Assembly: GCA_038231275.1 (NCBI GenBank)
Contig: JBBRLQ010000038.1
Location: forward strand, 1 to 64,000
DNA: 64,000 bases
Origin: Polyangiales bacterium
GTDB lineage: Bacteria > Myxococcota_A > Polyangia > Polyangiales > Polyangiaceae
Direction: 5' to 3'
Shown here one piece after another: positions 48,145 to 58,805 of the stretch; the first letter of the stretch is position 1; each line of letters begins with the position of its first letter. A program made the position numbers and the translations under genes. Below the pieces are notes generated by a model. It made no database searches. It was not told the origin of the DNA and saw nothing but the letters and a program-made list of their open reading frames with translations.

Positions 48145-51100
48145 ATGCTTCCCATTCGCCTTCGCGGCGCCCGCACCCACAACCTGCGCGGCGTCGACCT
48201 CGATCTCGAGCCTGGACAGCTCGTCGCGCTCACGGGCCCCAGCGGCTCTGGGAAATCCTCGCTCGCGCTCGACACGCTCTACGCCGAGGGGCAGCGGCGG
48301 TTCGTCGAGAGCTTCTCGCCGTACGCGCGTCAGTTCTTGGAGCGCCTCGAGCGGCCTCCCGTCACGTCGCTCGAGCCGGTCGCGGCCACGGTCGCCGTCG
48401 ATCGACGCGCGCCCGTGAAATCAAGCCGATCGACGCTCGCGACGCTCGCCGATCTCGAGCCGTACTTGGCGGCGCTCTTCGCGTGCGAGGCCGTGCCGAC
48501 GTGCCCAGACTGCGACGTCCCCGCGGTCGCCACGAGCGCCGCCGCCGCCGCGCGAGGGGCCGTCGCCGCGTGGTCGGGCGCGCGCTGCATCGTCACCTAT
48601 CCCGTGCGCGTCGACGACGCCGAGGCGTTCCTCGAGCTGCGTGAAGGTCTTGCGAGGGACGGCTACCGGCGCCTGGTCCTCGGCGGCGCGCTCCGCGACA
48701 TCGACGAGGTGAGGCCGAGCGAGGCGACCGCGCCGGACGTGCGCCTCGAGGTCGTCGTGGATCGCGTGAACGTCGCGGCGAAGGATACGCGGCGATTGCA
48801 GCAGGCCATCGAGGTGGCGTGGCAGCGCGGCGGCGGGCGCGCAGAGTTGCGCGCGGACGTGGGCGACGCAGTCGATCCTTCGGCGCGCGCGCGTCACACG
48901 CCGATCGCGCGCGGGCTCGTCTGTCCGAAATGTGCGCGCGCGTTCGAGCCGGCACGCCCCGCCCTCTTCTCGTACAACTCGCCCCTCGGAGCGTGCACCG
49001 ACTGCAAGGGCTTCGGCCGGGTCATCCGCGTCGACTGGGACAAGGTGATTCCCGACGGCAACCGCACGCTCGCGCAGGGCGCGATCAAGGCGTGGGGGGG
49101 CGCCAGCGCGGAGTGGGAGCGCGGCGTGCTCGTCAAGTTCTGCAAGCGCGCCAAGATCCCGATGGACGTGCCGTGGGCAGTCCTGAGCGACGCGCAGCGC
49201 GGCCTCGTGCTCGACGGCGAAGGAACGTGGGAGGGCGGAAAGTACCCGGGCGTCCGCGCGTGGTTCAAATGGCTCGAGGGCCGCACCTACAAGATGCACG
49301 TGCGCGTCTTCCTCGCGCGCTACCGCGAGTACGCGCTGTGCGAGGCGTGCAACGGCGGGAGGCTCAACGCGGTGGCGCGCTCGTACCGCGTCGGCGGCCT
49401 CGATCTGCCGGGGTGGCACGCGCTCTCCGTCGCCACGGCGCGCGAACGCGTCCTCGGGCAGAACGTCCGCTCGCCGCAGGGCGTGCGCGTGAAGACCGCA
49501 CTCGCGAACCGCCTCTCCTACCTGGAGCGCGTCGGCCTCGGCTACTTGACGCTCGATCGACAGGCCCGAACCCTTTCGGGCGGCGAGGCGCAGCGCGCCG
49601 GGCTCACGACCGCGCTCGGCGCCGCGCTCACTGGCACGCTGTTCGTCCTCGACGAGCCGACGATCGGCCTGCACGCGTGCGACGTCCCGCCGCTCGCCGG
49701 CGTCATGCGCGAGCTCTCGCGCGCGGGCAACACCGTCCTCTGCATCGAGCACGACGAGCGCGTCGTGCGCGCGTGCGATCGCGCCATCGAGCTCGGACCC
49801 GGCGCCGGCAGCCGCGGCGGCACCGTGCTGTACGACGGCCCCCCCGCGGGAATGCGCGGCCGTGACGATCTCCCGACCGGGCGCGCGTGGGCGAGCGCGC
49901 AGGCCAAGCCGCGCAAGGTCCGCGCGTCGAAAGGGACGCTCACGATCCGCGGCGCGCGCGCCAACAACCTCGACGCGGTCGACGTCGAGATCCCGCTCGG
50001 CGTCGTGTGCGCGATCACCGGTCCGAGCGGCTCCGGTAAATCCACGCTCGCCGAGGAGATCCTCTTCCGCGGCGTCGCGCGGCTCCGCGGGGATTCGAGC
50101 GTCCCGCGCCCCGGCCCCTTCGAATCGCTCGCCGGCGCCGACGGCCTCGCGCGAGCCGTCCTCGTCGATCAGTCGCCGCTCGGACGCACCGCGCGCGGAA
50201 ATCCCGCGACGTACACGAAGGCGTGGGACCGCATCCGCGCGCGCTTCGCGTCGGAGCCCGCATCCATCCGTCGCGGACTCGTGCCGGCGCACTTCTCGTT
50301 CAACGTCGGCGCGCTCGGCGATCGCGCGTCAGGCCGCTGCGAGGCGTGCTCCGGCGAGGGCTACGAGACGATCGAGATGCAATTCCTCGCGGACGTGGCG
50401 CTCCTCTGTCCCGTCTGCCAGGGCAAGCGCTTCAAGCCGGAGGTGCTCGCCGTCACGCACCGCGGCCTCAGCGTCGCCGACGTCCTCGGCCTCACGATCG
50501 ACGACGCGCTCAAGGTGCTCGACCCGCTGGATGATCTCGAGGCCCGCGACTACGTGCTGCGCCGCGCACTCGAGCCGGTGAGCCGCGTCGGGCTCGGGTA
50601 CCTTCCGCTCGGGCAGCCGCTGTCGATGCTGTCGGGCGGCGAGGCGCAGCGCCTCAAGCTCGCGCGCGCGCTCGAGGGCGACGCGAAGGGGACGCTCTTC
50701 GTGATCGACGAGCCGAGCGCCGGCCTGCACGCCGAGGACGCGGCGTACGTCGTGCGCGCGCTCCATCAGCTCGCGGACGAAGGCGCCAGCGTCGTGGTCG
50801 TCGAGCACGATCTCGACGTCATCCGCGAGGTCGATTGGATCATCGATCTCGGGCCGGGCGGCGGTCCGGAGGGCGGCAGAGTCGTCGCCGCCGGCACGCC
50901 CGCGGAGATCGTGCGTGCGAAGACGAAGACCGGCCTCGCGATGCGAGCGCACGCGCGCGGCGGTGAGGACGGCCCTACGAATGCGCCGGAATCGTATGAT
51001 CCCGCGCCGCTCGCGATCGGCGTCGAGCGCGCGCGCGAGCACAACCTGAAGGAAGTCTCGACGCGCATCCCGCACGGAAAGCTCACCGTCGTGACCGGTC

Positions 51101-53526
51101 CGAGCGGATCTGGAAAATCGTCGCTCGCGTTCGACGTCGTCTTCGCCGAAGGGCAACGGCGCTTCATGGAGACGCTGTCTCCCTACGCGCGCCAGTTCCT
51201 GCCGACGCTGCCACGGCCCGACGTGGACGCGGTGACCGGCGTGCCGCCCTCCATCGCGCTCGAGCAGCGCACGACGCGCGGCGGCGCGAACTCCACGGTC
51301 GCCACGGTGACCGAGGTCGCCCACTACTTGCGCCTCCTCTACGCGAAGGTCGGCGACCAGCACTGCCCGAAGTGCGAGGCTCGCGTGAGCGCCAGCGCGC
51401 CCGACGATCTGTTCGCGCGCGTCGCCGCGATGCGCAGCGGCAAGATCACGCTCTACGCGCCGGCGGTCCGCGCGCGCAAGGGCACGTACCTCGATCTGTT
51501 CACGCACGCCGCGCGCGCAGGGGTCGCGACGGCGCGCGTCGACGGCGCGATCGTTGCCATCGATCCTCCGCCGAAGCTGACGAAGGCCAAGGAGCACACG
51601 ATCGATCTCATCGTCTTCTACGGCGCCGCCGCCGACCTCGAGCGCGCGACCTTCGATCGCGCCGTGGCGTGGGGCGAAGGCGCCGTGCGGGTGTGCGCAG
51701 GAGCGCCGACGCCGAAGCCGTCCGCCAAAGAGGAAAATTTGTCGACGTCGCGGGCGTGCGGGCGCTGCGGAACCGGCGTGCCGGAGCTCGATCCGCGGTG
51801 GTTCTCGTTCAACACGAAGCAGGGGCAGTGCGACGCGTGCCTCGGCACGGGCGTCGGAGGGGGGCCCGACGCGGTCGCCGAAGGCGGGCGCGATGTGTGC
51901 GAGACGTGCGACGGCACGCGCCTCTCCGCGGTCCCCCGCCGCGTGCGACTCCACGAGGAGACGTATCCTGCGTTCACGGCGCGCGACGTCCACTCGGCCC
52001 TCGCCGCGGCGCGCGCGTGGAGCTTCTCCGGAAACGCCGCGACGGTCGCGAAGGCGCCGCTCGCCGAGCTCGTTCGCAGGCTCGCGTTCGTCGAGCAGGT
52101 TGGCCTCGGCTACCTCGCGCTCGATCGCCCCGCGTCGACGTTGTCGGGCGGTGAAATGCAACGCCTGCGCCTCTCCGCGCAGCTCGGGAGCGGCCTCACC
52201 GGCGCGCTCTATGTCCTCGACGAGCCCACCATCGGCCTTCATCCACGCGACACGCGCGCGCTCCTGTCGAACTTGCGTCAACTGGTCGACACCGGATCGA
52301 CCGTCCTCGTCGTCGAGCACGACGCGGAGACCATCCGCGCCGCGGATCACCTCATCGACCTCGGCCCCGGCGGCGGTCGCAACGGCGGGCACATCGTCGC
52401 GCAAGGCAGCGCGGCCGAGGTCCTCACGAACCCTCGCTCGCCCACCGCGCAGGCGCTCCGCGAGTCCGCGCGGCTCGTCCGTCCGCGCCGCGGCGTCCCC
52501 GACGCGTGGATCGAGGTCACCGGCGCGCGCGCGAACAACCTCCGCGACGTCACCTTCCGCGTCCCCGTCGGCCGCATGTGCGTCGTCGCCGGCGTGAGCG
52601 GCTCGGGCAAGAGCACGCTCGTCCGTCACGTCTTCTACCCGGCGCTGCGTCGCGCGCTCGGCCTCGTCGCCGACGATCCTGGAGCGTTCGGGTCCATCAA
52701 GGGCCACCGCGCCGTGAAGCGCGCGCTGGCGGTCGATCAGAGCCCCATCGGGCGTACGCCGCGCAGCGTGCCCGCGACGTTCCTCGGCGTGTGGGACGAA
52801 ATCCGCCGCCTCTTCGCGCGCCTCCCCGAGGCCCAGACGCGCGGCTTCTCCGCGGCGCGCTTCTCGTTCAATACGCCGACCGGCGGCCGCTGCCCCGTGT
52901 GCGCCGGTCAAGGTTCAATCGTGAGCGAGATGGCGTTCTTGCCCGACGTCGTCTCCCCTTGCGAGGAGTGCGGCGGCGCGCGCTTCGAGCCGGCCACGCT
53001 CGACGTGCGGTACGCGGGGTTGTCGATCGGCGACGCGCTCCACCTCTCCGCCGAGGATGCCGCCGAGGCGTTCCGCGCGTTCCCGAAGATCGCGCGGCCG
53101 CTCGCGACGCTGAAGGATCTCGGCGTCGGCTACGTGCAGATTGGGCAGGGCTCCAACACGCTGTCGGGCGGAGAAGCGCAGCGCCTCAAGCTGGCAGCCG
53201 AGCTCACTGCGGGCGCCGCGCACGAGCCCACGGTGTACGTCCTCGACGAGCCGACGACCGGTCTCCACGTCTCCGACGTCAAACGCTTGCTCTCGGTGCT
53301 CGAGCAGCTCGTCGCGCGCGGCGACACGCTCGTCATCGTGGAGCACCACCCCGACGTCATCGCGTCCGCCGATTGGGTCGTCGAGCTCGGCCCCGAGGCC
53401 GGCGAGAAGGGAGGCCGCGTCGTCTTCGAAGGCGAGCCGCAGAAGCTCGCGCGCGCGAAGACCGCGACGGGCCGCTACCTCGCGCTCGAATCGACCGAAA
53501 CCGGAGGCGCGGCCGCGTCACCCTGA
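48145..53526 (+). CDS. uvrA: Excinuclease ABC subunit A, double-length form (four ABC domains)
   Basis: Two complete UvrA modules: LYAEGQRRF and VFAEGQRRF; four Walker A motifs (G(P/V)SGSGKS); four LSGGE signatures; CxxC zinc fingers. Confidence 0.95.
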   Translation: MLPIRLRGARTHNLRGVDLDLEPGQLVALTGPSGSGKSSLALDTLYAEGQRRFVESFSPYARQFLERLERPPVTSLEPVAATVAVDRRAPVKSSRSTLATLADLEPYLAALFACEAVPTCPDCDVPAVATSAAAAARGAVAAWSGARCIVTYPVRVDDAEAFLELREGLARDGYRRLVLGGALRDIDEVRPSEATAPDVRLEVVVDRVNVAAKDTRRLQQAIEVAWQRGGGRAELRADVGDAVDPSARARHTPIARGLVCPKCARAFEPARPALFSYNSPLGACTDCKGFGRVIRVDWDKVIPDGNRTLAQGAIKAWGGASAEWERGVLVKFCKRAKIPMDVPWAVLSDAQRGLVLDGEGTWEGGKYPGVRAWFKWLEGRTYKMHVRVFLARYREYALCEACNGGRLNAVARSYRVGGLDLPGWHALSVATARERVLGQNVRSPQGVRVKTALANRLSYLERVGLGYLTLDRQARTLSGGEAQRAGLTTALGAALTGTLFVLDEPTIGLHACDVPPLAGVMRELSRAGNTVLCIEHDERVVRACDRAIELGPGAGSRGGTVLYDGPPAGMRGRDDLPTGRAWASAQAKPRKVRASKGTLTIRGARANNLDAVDVEIPLGVVCAITGPSGSGKSTLAEEILFRGVARLRGDSSVPRPGPFESLAGADGLARAVLVDQSPLGRTARGNPATYTKAWDRIRARFASEPASIRRGLVPAHFSFNVGALGDRASGRCEACSGEGYETIEMQFLADVALLCPVCQGKRFKPEVLAVTHRGLSVADVLGLTIDDALKVLDPLDDLEARDYVLRRALEPVSRVGLGYLPLGQPLSMLSGGEAQRLKLARALEGDAKGTLFVIDEPSAGLHAEDAAYVVRALHQLADEGASVVVVEHDLDVIREVDWIIDLGPGGGPEGGRVVAAGTPAEIVRAKTKTGLAMRAHARGGEDGPTNAPESYDPAPLAIGVERAREHNLKEVSTRIPHGKLTVVTGPSGSGKSSLAFDVVFAEGQRRFMETLSPYARQFLPTLPRPDVDAVTGVPPSIALEQRTTRGGANSTVATVTEVAHYLRLLYAKVGDQHCPKCEARVSASAPDDLFARVAAMRSGKITLYAPAVRARKGTYLDLFTHAARAGVATARVDGAIVAIDPPPKLTKAKEHTIDLIVFYGAAADLERATFDRAVAWGEGAVRVCAGAPTPKPSAKEENLSTSRACGRCGTGVPELDPRWFSFNTKQGQCDACLGTGVGGGPDAVAEGGRDVCETCDGTRLSAVPRRVRLHEETYPAFTARDVHSALAAARAWSFSGNAATVAKAPLAELVRRLAFVEQVGLGYLALDRPASTLSGGEMQRLRLSAQLGSGLTGALYVLDEPTIGLHPRDTRALLSNLRQLVDTGSTVLVVEHDAETIRAADHLIDLGPGGGRNGGHIVAQGSAAEVLTNPRSPTAQALRESARLVRPRRGVPDAWIEVTGARANNLRDVTFRVPVGRMCVVAGVSGSGKSTLVRHVFYPALRRALGLVADDPGAFGSIKGHRAVKRALAVDQSPIGRTPRSVPATFLGVWDEIRRLFARLPEAQTRGFSAARFSFNTPTGGRCPVCAGQGSIVSEMAFLPDVVSPCEECGGARFEPATLDVRYAGLSIGDALHLSAEDAAEAFRAFPKIARPLATLKDLGVGYVQIGQGSNTLSGGEAQRLKLAAELTAGAAHEPTVYVLDEPTTGLHVSDVKRLLSVLEQLVARGDTLVIVEHHPDVIASADWVVELGPEAGEKGGRVVFEGEPQKLARAKTATGRYLALESTETGGAAASP

Positions 53527-53544
53527 GCGGTCGGGCCCGCTCAG
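53523..53544. terminator. Hairpin between convergent genes, including both stop codons
   Basis: CTGAGCGG-tcgggc-CCGCTCAG, perfect 8-bp stem. Confidence 0.45.
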
Positions 53545-54299
53545 CGCGCCTTCTTCGCTTCGGCGCGCCAGGCCTTGTCGAACCGGGGATCCCGTGTCGC
53601 GCATTTTCGCGCCAGGTTCGTCACCGGAGGGATCCCTAACGCCAGCAAGGTCGCCATGAGCACCTCGGTCCCGGGTCCGCTCGAGCCGAGCGATTTCGCG
53701 CGCGCGACCTCCTGCGTCGTCACGCCGACGAGGTGAACGATCGTGCACGCGCCGCCCGGCAAAAGGATCTCCGACTCGTACTCGGGGCTCTGCACGCAAA
53801 TGAGGTGGGAGATCTTCGTGCTCGCCTCGACGTCGCTGAACGCGGGGCACGGGATGCGATCGCCGGGGTGGAAGACCGCCGCGTCGTCGTCGAAGAGCAA
53901 GTAGCGCACGAAGTTGAGAAGCAGCTGCGGCGCCCACGCGGCCTCGGCCGGCGTCGAGATCGCGAGCTCGATCCCAAAGCCGCTCGGCTGCTCGTCGGGC
54001 GCGTCCGGCGGCGCCTCCCCTTCTTCTCTGTCGAACGGCTGAGCGAGGCCGTGCGTGACGTAGTGCCAGCCGCTTCGGCCTTCGCGCGGCGCATACGGGT
54101 GCACGCCGCCGCCCGGCCAGTTCACGACGAGATCGGCCTCACCGGGGCTCAAGATCTGCCCCTTCGGCTCGGTGTCGCCGAAGATTTTCTGGAACGCGTC
54201 CTCGCGGGCCTTCATGTGCGCCGCGTAGAACCGCTCCTCTTCGCCGAGCTCCGGGTGCTCGGCCGACACGTCCGGCAAGCGCGAGAAGTCGAGACGCAT
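53541..54299 (-). CDS. Suppressor-of-fused (SUFU)-like protein
   Basis: WHYVTHGL, SGFGIEL, AWAPQLL, FHPGDRI, HLVGVTTQE. Confidence 0.82.
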   Translation of the reverse strand: MRLDFSRLPDVSAEHPELGEEERFYAAHMKAREDAFQKIFGDTEPKGQILSPGEADLVVNWPGGGVHPYAPREGRSGWHYVTHGLAQPFDREEGEAPPDAPDEQPSGFGIELAISTPAEAAWAPQLLLNFVRYLLFDDDAAVFHPGDRIPCPAFSDVEASTKISHLICVQSPEYESEILLPGGACTIVHLVGVTTQEVARAKSLGSSGPGTEVLMATLLALGIPPVTNLARKCATRDPRFDKAWRAEAKKAR

Positions 54300-54342
54300 G
54301 GGGCGACTGTACTCGAAGCCTCCGCTATCCTCCACGCAAGCT

Positions 54343-55725
54343 ATGACCCACCTCGACGTCGACAATCCCTTCACCCTCGAGACCCTGCGCGTTCCGCTCG
54401 CCGACGACAAAGCCGTCGACGCTACGCTCGAGCGCGCGCGCACCGCAGCGCGACAATTCCGGCACACGCCGCTCGAGGAGCGCGTCGCGATGTGCGAGAA
54501 GGCGGTCGCCTGGATGGAGGCGAACGCCGACGACGTCGGCCGCGACATCACGAAGATGATGGGCAAGCCGCTCGCGCAGGCCAAGGGCGAGGTGAAGGGC
54601 ATGGCGATGCGCGCGCGCCACATGATCGAGATCGCGCGGACGAGCTTGGCCGACATTGCGATCGCGCCGAAGGAGAACTTCGAGCGCCGGATCGTGAAGG
54701 AGCCGCTCGGCGTCGTGTTCGATCTGCCGGCGTGGAACTATCCGCTGCTCACCGCGATCAACGGCATCGTCCCCGCGCTGCTCGCCGGAAATGCCGTGAT
54801 CGTGAAGCACTCGCCACGGAGCCCCCTGTGCGGCGAGCACTTCGAGCGCGCGTTCGTCGCGGCGGGTGCGCCGGCCGGCGTCGTTCAAGCGCTCCACTGC
54901 GATCACCCGACGAGCGAGAAAATCGTCGGCGATCCGCGCGTCGATCTCGTGCTCTTCACCGGCTCGGTCTTCGGCGGCCACCGCATCCAGGAGGCGGCGA
55001 GCAAGCGCTTCGTGCACCTCGGCCTCGAGCTCGGCGGGAACGATCCGGCGTACGTCGCCGCCGACGCCGACATCGCCAAGACCGCCGACAACGTCGTCGA
55101 CGGCGCCTGCTACAACGCCGGCCAGAGCTGCTGCGCCGTCGAACGCGTGTACGTGCACGAGTCGGTCTACGCGAAATTCCTCGAGGCCGCCGAGCCGTAC
55201 GTGCGCGCGTACGTCATGGGCGATCCGATGGCGGACACGACGACCCTCGGCCCGATCGCGCAGCCCTACCATGCGGCGGAGCTCGAGGGGTTCGTGGCCG
55301 ACGCGACGACGAAGGGGGCGCGCCTCGTCGCGGGAGGCGCGAAGGCGAGCGTTTCGGGCAAGGGCCGATTTTTCCAGGCGACCTTGCTGGCCGACGTCCC
55401 GCAGGGGGCCGCGCTCATGCAGAAGGAGTCGTTCGGTCCGATCGTCGCCGTCTCGAAGGTGTCGAGCGACGAAGAAGCGCTGGCGAAGATGAACGACTCC
55501 CAGCTCGGCCTTACGGCGAGCATCTGGACGAGCGATCGCGACCGCGCCGCGAAGATGGCGCGATCACTCGAGTTCGGCACGGTGCTGATGAACCGCTGCG
55601 ACGCGCTCGACCCGGCCCTCCCGTGGACCGGGGTGAAAGACTCGGGCCGCGGCGTGACCCTCAGCCAGCTCGGCTTCGACTTCGTCACGCGCCCGAAGGC
55701 GATCCATTTTCGGCTGTCGCTGTAG
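54343..55725 (+). CDS. Aldehyde dehydrogenase family protein
   Basis: AWNYP, FTGS, LELGG, GQSCCA, ESFGP. Confidence 0.94.
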   Translation: MTHLDVDNPFTLETLRVPLADDKAVDATLERARTAARQFRHTPLEERVAMCEKAVAWMEANADDVGRDITKMMGKPLAQAKGEVKGMAMRARHMIEIARTSLADIAIAPKENFERRIVKEPLGVVFDLPAWNYPLLTAINGIVPALLAGNAVIVKHSPRSPLCGEHFERAFVAAGAPAGVVQALHCDHPTSEKIVGDPRVDLVLFTGSVFGGHRIQEAASKRFVHLGLELGGNDPAYVAADADIAKTADNVVDGACYNAGQSCCAVERVYVHESVYAKFLEAAEPYVRAYVMGDPMADTTTLGPIAQPYHAAELEGFVADATTKGARLVAGGAKASVSGKGRFFQATLLADVPQGAALMQKESFGPIVAVSKVSSDEEALAKMNDSQLGLTASIWTSDRDRAAKMARSLEFGTVLMNRCDALDPALPWTGVKDSGRGVTLSQLGFDFVTRPKAIHFRLSL

Positions 55726-55779
55726 AGCGAAACGCTCGCCCCTTGTGAACGAGGGCCGAACGCATTAGAAAATCGCCCC

Positions 55780-56883
<1,104 letters not shown>

Positions 56884-56916
56884 CGCCGAAACAGTGACGT
56901 GACACACGCTCCGACG

Positions 56917-56961
56917 CTGGAGCTTGGCGCTGCCCGATCTCGTGGAGGCGCCAAGTTCCAG
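56917..56961. repeat. 14-bp-stem inverted repeat (possible terminator or operator)
   Basis: CTGGAGCTTGGCGC-17 nt-GCGCCAAGTTCCAG, with one G-U/mismatch position. Confidence 0.55.
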
Positions 56962-57067
56962 TGACGACGGTGACGGGGTCGAAATCCCGAGCACCTACAT
57001 TGCGTTGCTCCGCGTGCTGAGGACAAATGCGTCCCGTCTCATCCGAGCGACTCGAACGGAGGACGCG

Positions 57068-57805
57068 ATGAACGGTGCCGACGCGGATCGTACGCAAGAG
57101 AGGCCGACGATGGACGACGAGGACGTCGCCGCGGTGCTCCGTACGGGCAAGATGGACGCGCTCGATGCGTACGCCGCGGTGGACGCGATCCCGACGACGC
57201 GCGCGCTGCCGTCGGTCGAGGGCACGCAGGAGATCCGCGCGGTCGACATCCTCGAGGTGATCCCGGCGGCCGCTGCGTCTGCGGACATTCCGGTCGACGT
57301 CGAAGAGCCGGCGCCGCGCGCGACGACGGCGAGCTCGATCGCGCCGTTCGCGATCGAAGTGGCGAGGCGGGCGCCGCTTCCGCCGGTCATGTCGGAGGCG
57401 TCGGAGGCGTCGTTCGTGGCGCGCATCGGTCCTCCGCGACGACTTCGCGCGATCGTCGAGGTCGTGATGGCGGCGTCGCTGCTCATCTTGGCGGCGGCGG
57501 CGCTGCGCGCGCATTTCGCGCCCGAGGAGACCGACGCGACGCCGATCGTGCTCGTGGATGCGAAAGGGACCGCGCGCGCTTCTGCAGCGCCGCCGCCGGC
57601 GACGGTGGACGTGCGGAGCTTGCCGATCGCCGCAGCGCCGACGACGGGGATCCTGACGCGGCCGAGCGGCGCGAAGTTCGTCGTGGACGGCGTGCCGCTG
57701 AGCGGTACGTCCGCGGTGGTCACGTGCGGCGAGCACGTCGTGCGTGTCGGCGGCGGCAAGCCCCGCAAGATCGACGTGCCTTGCGGCGGGACGCTCGCCC
57801 TCTAG
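57068..57805 (+). CDS. Hypothetical single-TM protein with a small C-terminal PEGA-like domain
   Basis: Acidic/Pro N-terminus, TM helix, FVVDGV..CGEHVVRVG..VPCGG; start uncertain. Confidence 0.6.
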   Translation: MNGADADRTQERPTMDDEDVAAVLRTGKMDALDAYAAVDAIPTTRALPSVEGTQEIRAVDILEVIPAAAASADIPVDVEEPAPRATTASSIAPFAIEVARRAPLPPVMSEASEASFVARIGPPRRLRAIVEVVMAASLLILAAAALRAHFAPEETDATPIVLVDAKGTARASAAPPPATVDVRSLPIAAAPTTGILTRPSGAKFVVDGVPLSGTSAVVTCGEHVVRVGGGKPRKIDVPCGGTLAL

Positions 57806-57806
57806 A

Positions 57807-57843
57807 TCAGAAGCTCCAGCCGAAGGTCAGAAGCTCCAGCCGA
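57807..57843. repeat. 17-bp direct repeat duplicating the 3' end of the 57827 gene
   Basis: TCAGAAGCTCCAGCCGA at 57807-57823 and 57827-57843. Confidence 0.85.
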
Positions 57844-58621
57844 CCTGCGCGCGGCCGAGGACGCGCGGGGAGTTCGGGGAGAGGCCGAACGCCGGGCCGG
57901 CTCCGAGCGTGAGGCGCTCGTGGAGGAACGCGAACGTCGCCGTGCCACACGCGAAGTGGCGCATTCCCTCGACCTCCGTAGCGTCGAAGGCGCCTTCGAG
58001 ATCCTGCGCGACGTACTCGGCGCCGAGGCGGAGCGTGTCGACGACGCGGACGTTCGCGCCCGCCGACAGCATGAGATCCACGCCGTCGCGGCGCGCGGCG
58101 AAGACGTGCTCGGCGTGCGCCATGGACGCGAGACGCACGCGCCCGAGATCTTGCGACATGGCCAGCCGACCCCACGCGCCGTTCGACGACGACAGCTCGC
58201 GCATGTACCCGCCGCTGATCACCGCGTGCGTGGACGTCCACGCGCTCGGGAGGACGGAGACGCGCACGCCCGCCATCGCGCCGACCGCCCCCGGGTGCGA
58301 CGGCGACTCGCCAAGGACGCCGGAGGCCGCAACCGACACGTTTGGAAGAACGCCGATCTCGCCGCCCAACTCGGTGGAGAGACCGGGCGCGCCGGTGTTC
58401 GCCGCGAAGGGACGCGTGAAGCTCTCGCCGCCGTTCGCGACCGTCACGCGAGAGAGCGCGAGCACTTGCATCGGCGCGGGCACGCGAGGCTCATCGAGGT
58501 AGAGCCAGGTCCGCTCGACCGGCGGCGCGACGGGGCGCGGCGTCGCAGTGATCTCCTCCTCCTCGGCGCGCGCGAACGGCGCGAACGTCAGCGCAGCGAG
58601 GACTAGGGGGAGAAACCGCAT
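57827..58621 (-). CDS. Putative outer-membrane beta-barrel protein
   Basis: Signal peptide (..FARA), alternating amphipathic beta strands, C-terminal aromatic residue (VGWSF). Confidence 0.7.
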   Translation of the reverse strand: MRFLPLVLAALTFAPFARAEEEEITATPRPVAPPVERTWLYLDEPRVPAPMQVLALSRVTVANGGESFTRPFAANTGAPGLSTELGGEIGVLPNVSVAASGVLGESPSHPGAVGAMAGVRVSVLPSAWTSTHAVISGGYMRELSSSNGAWGRLAMSQDLGRVRLASMAHAEHVFAARRDGVDLMLSAGANVRVVDTLRLGAEYVAQDLEGAFDATEVEGMRHFACGTATFAFLHERLTLGAGPAFGLSPNSPRVLGRAQVGWSF

Positions 58622-58634
58622 CGTTCGCACCGAT

Positions 58635-58650
58635 TGCATACCGCATGCCC
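58635..58650 (-). promoter_or_regulatory. Sigma54-like promoter motif
   Basis: Minus strand GGGCAT-GCGGT-ATGCA, 13 nt before the ATG at 58621. Confidence 0.5.
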
Positions 58651-58777
58651 CTGGCCAATGCACTGCCAGACGCGCGCACACACGACGCGCGGCATGAACG
58701 TGGGGACGGTCACGCTGAACCTCGCGCGGTCCAGGTCGCCGGCGCGGCGCGTGTCGTATTTCACGCGACGAATCTCA

Positions 58778-58793
58778 AGGCACTCACCTTGCA
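58778..58793 (+). promoter_or_regulatory. Sigma54 promoter motif
   Basis: AGGCAC-TCACC-TTGCA, 12 nt before the ATG at 58806. Confidence 0.65.
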
Positions 58794-58805
58794 CCGCGCG
58801 CCCCC

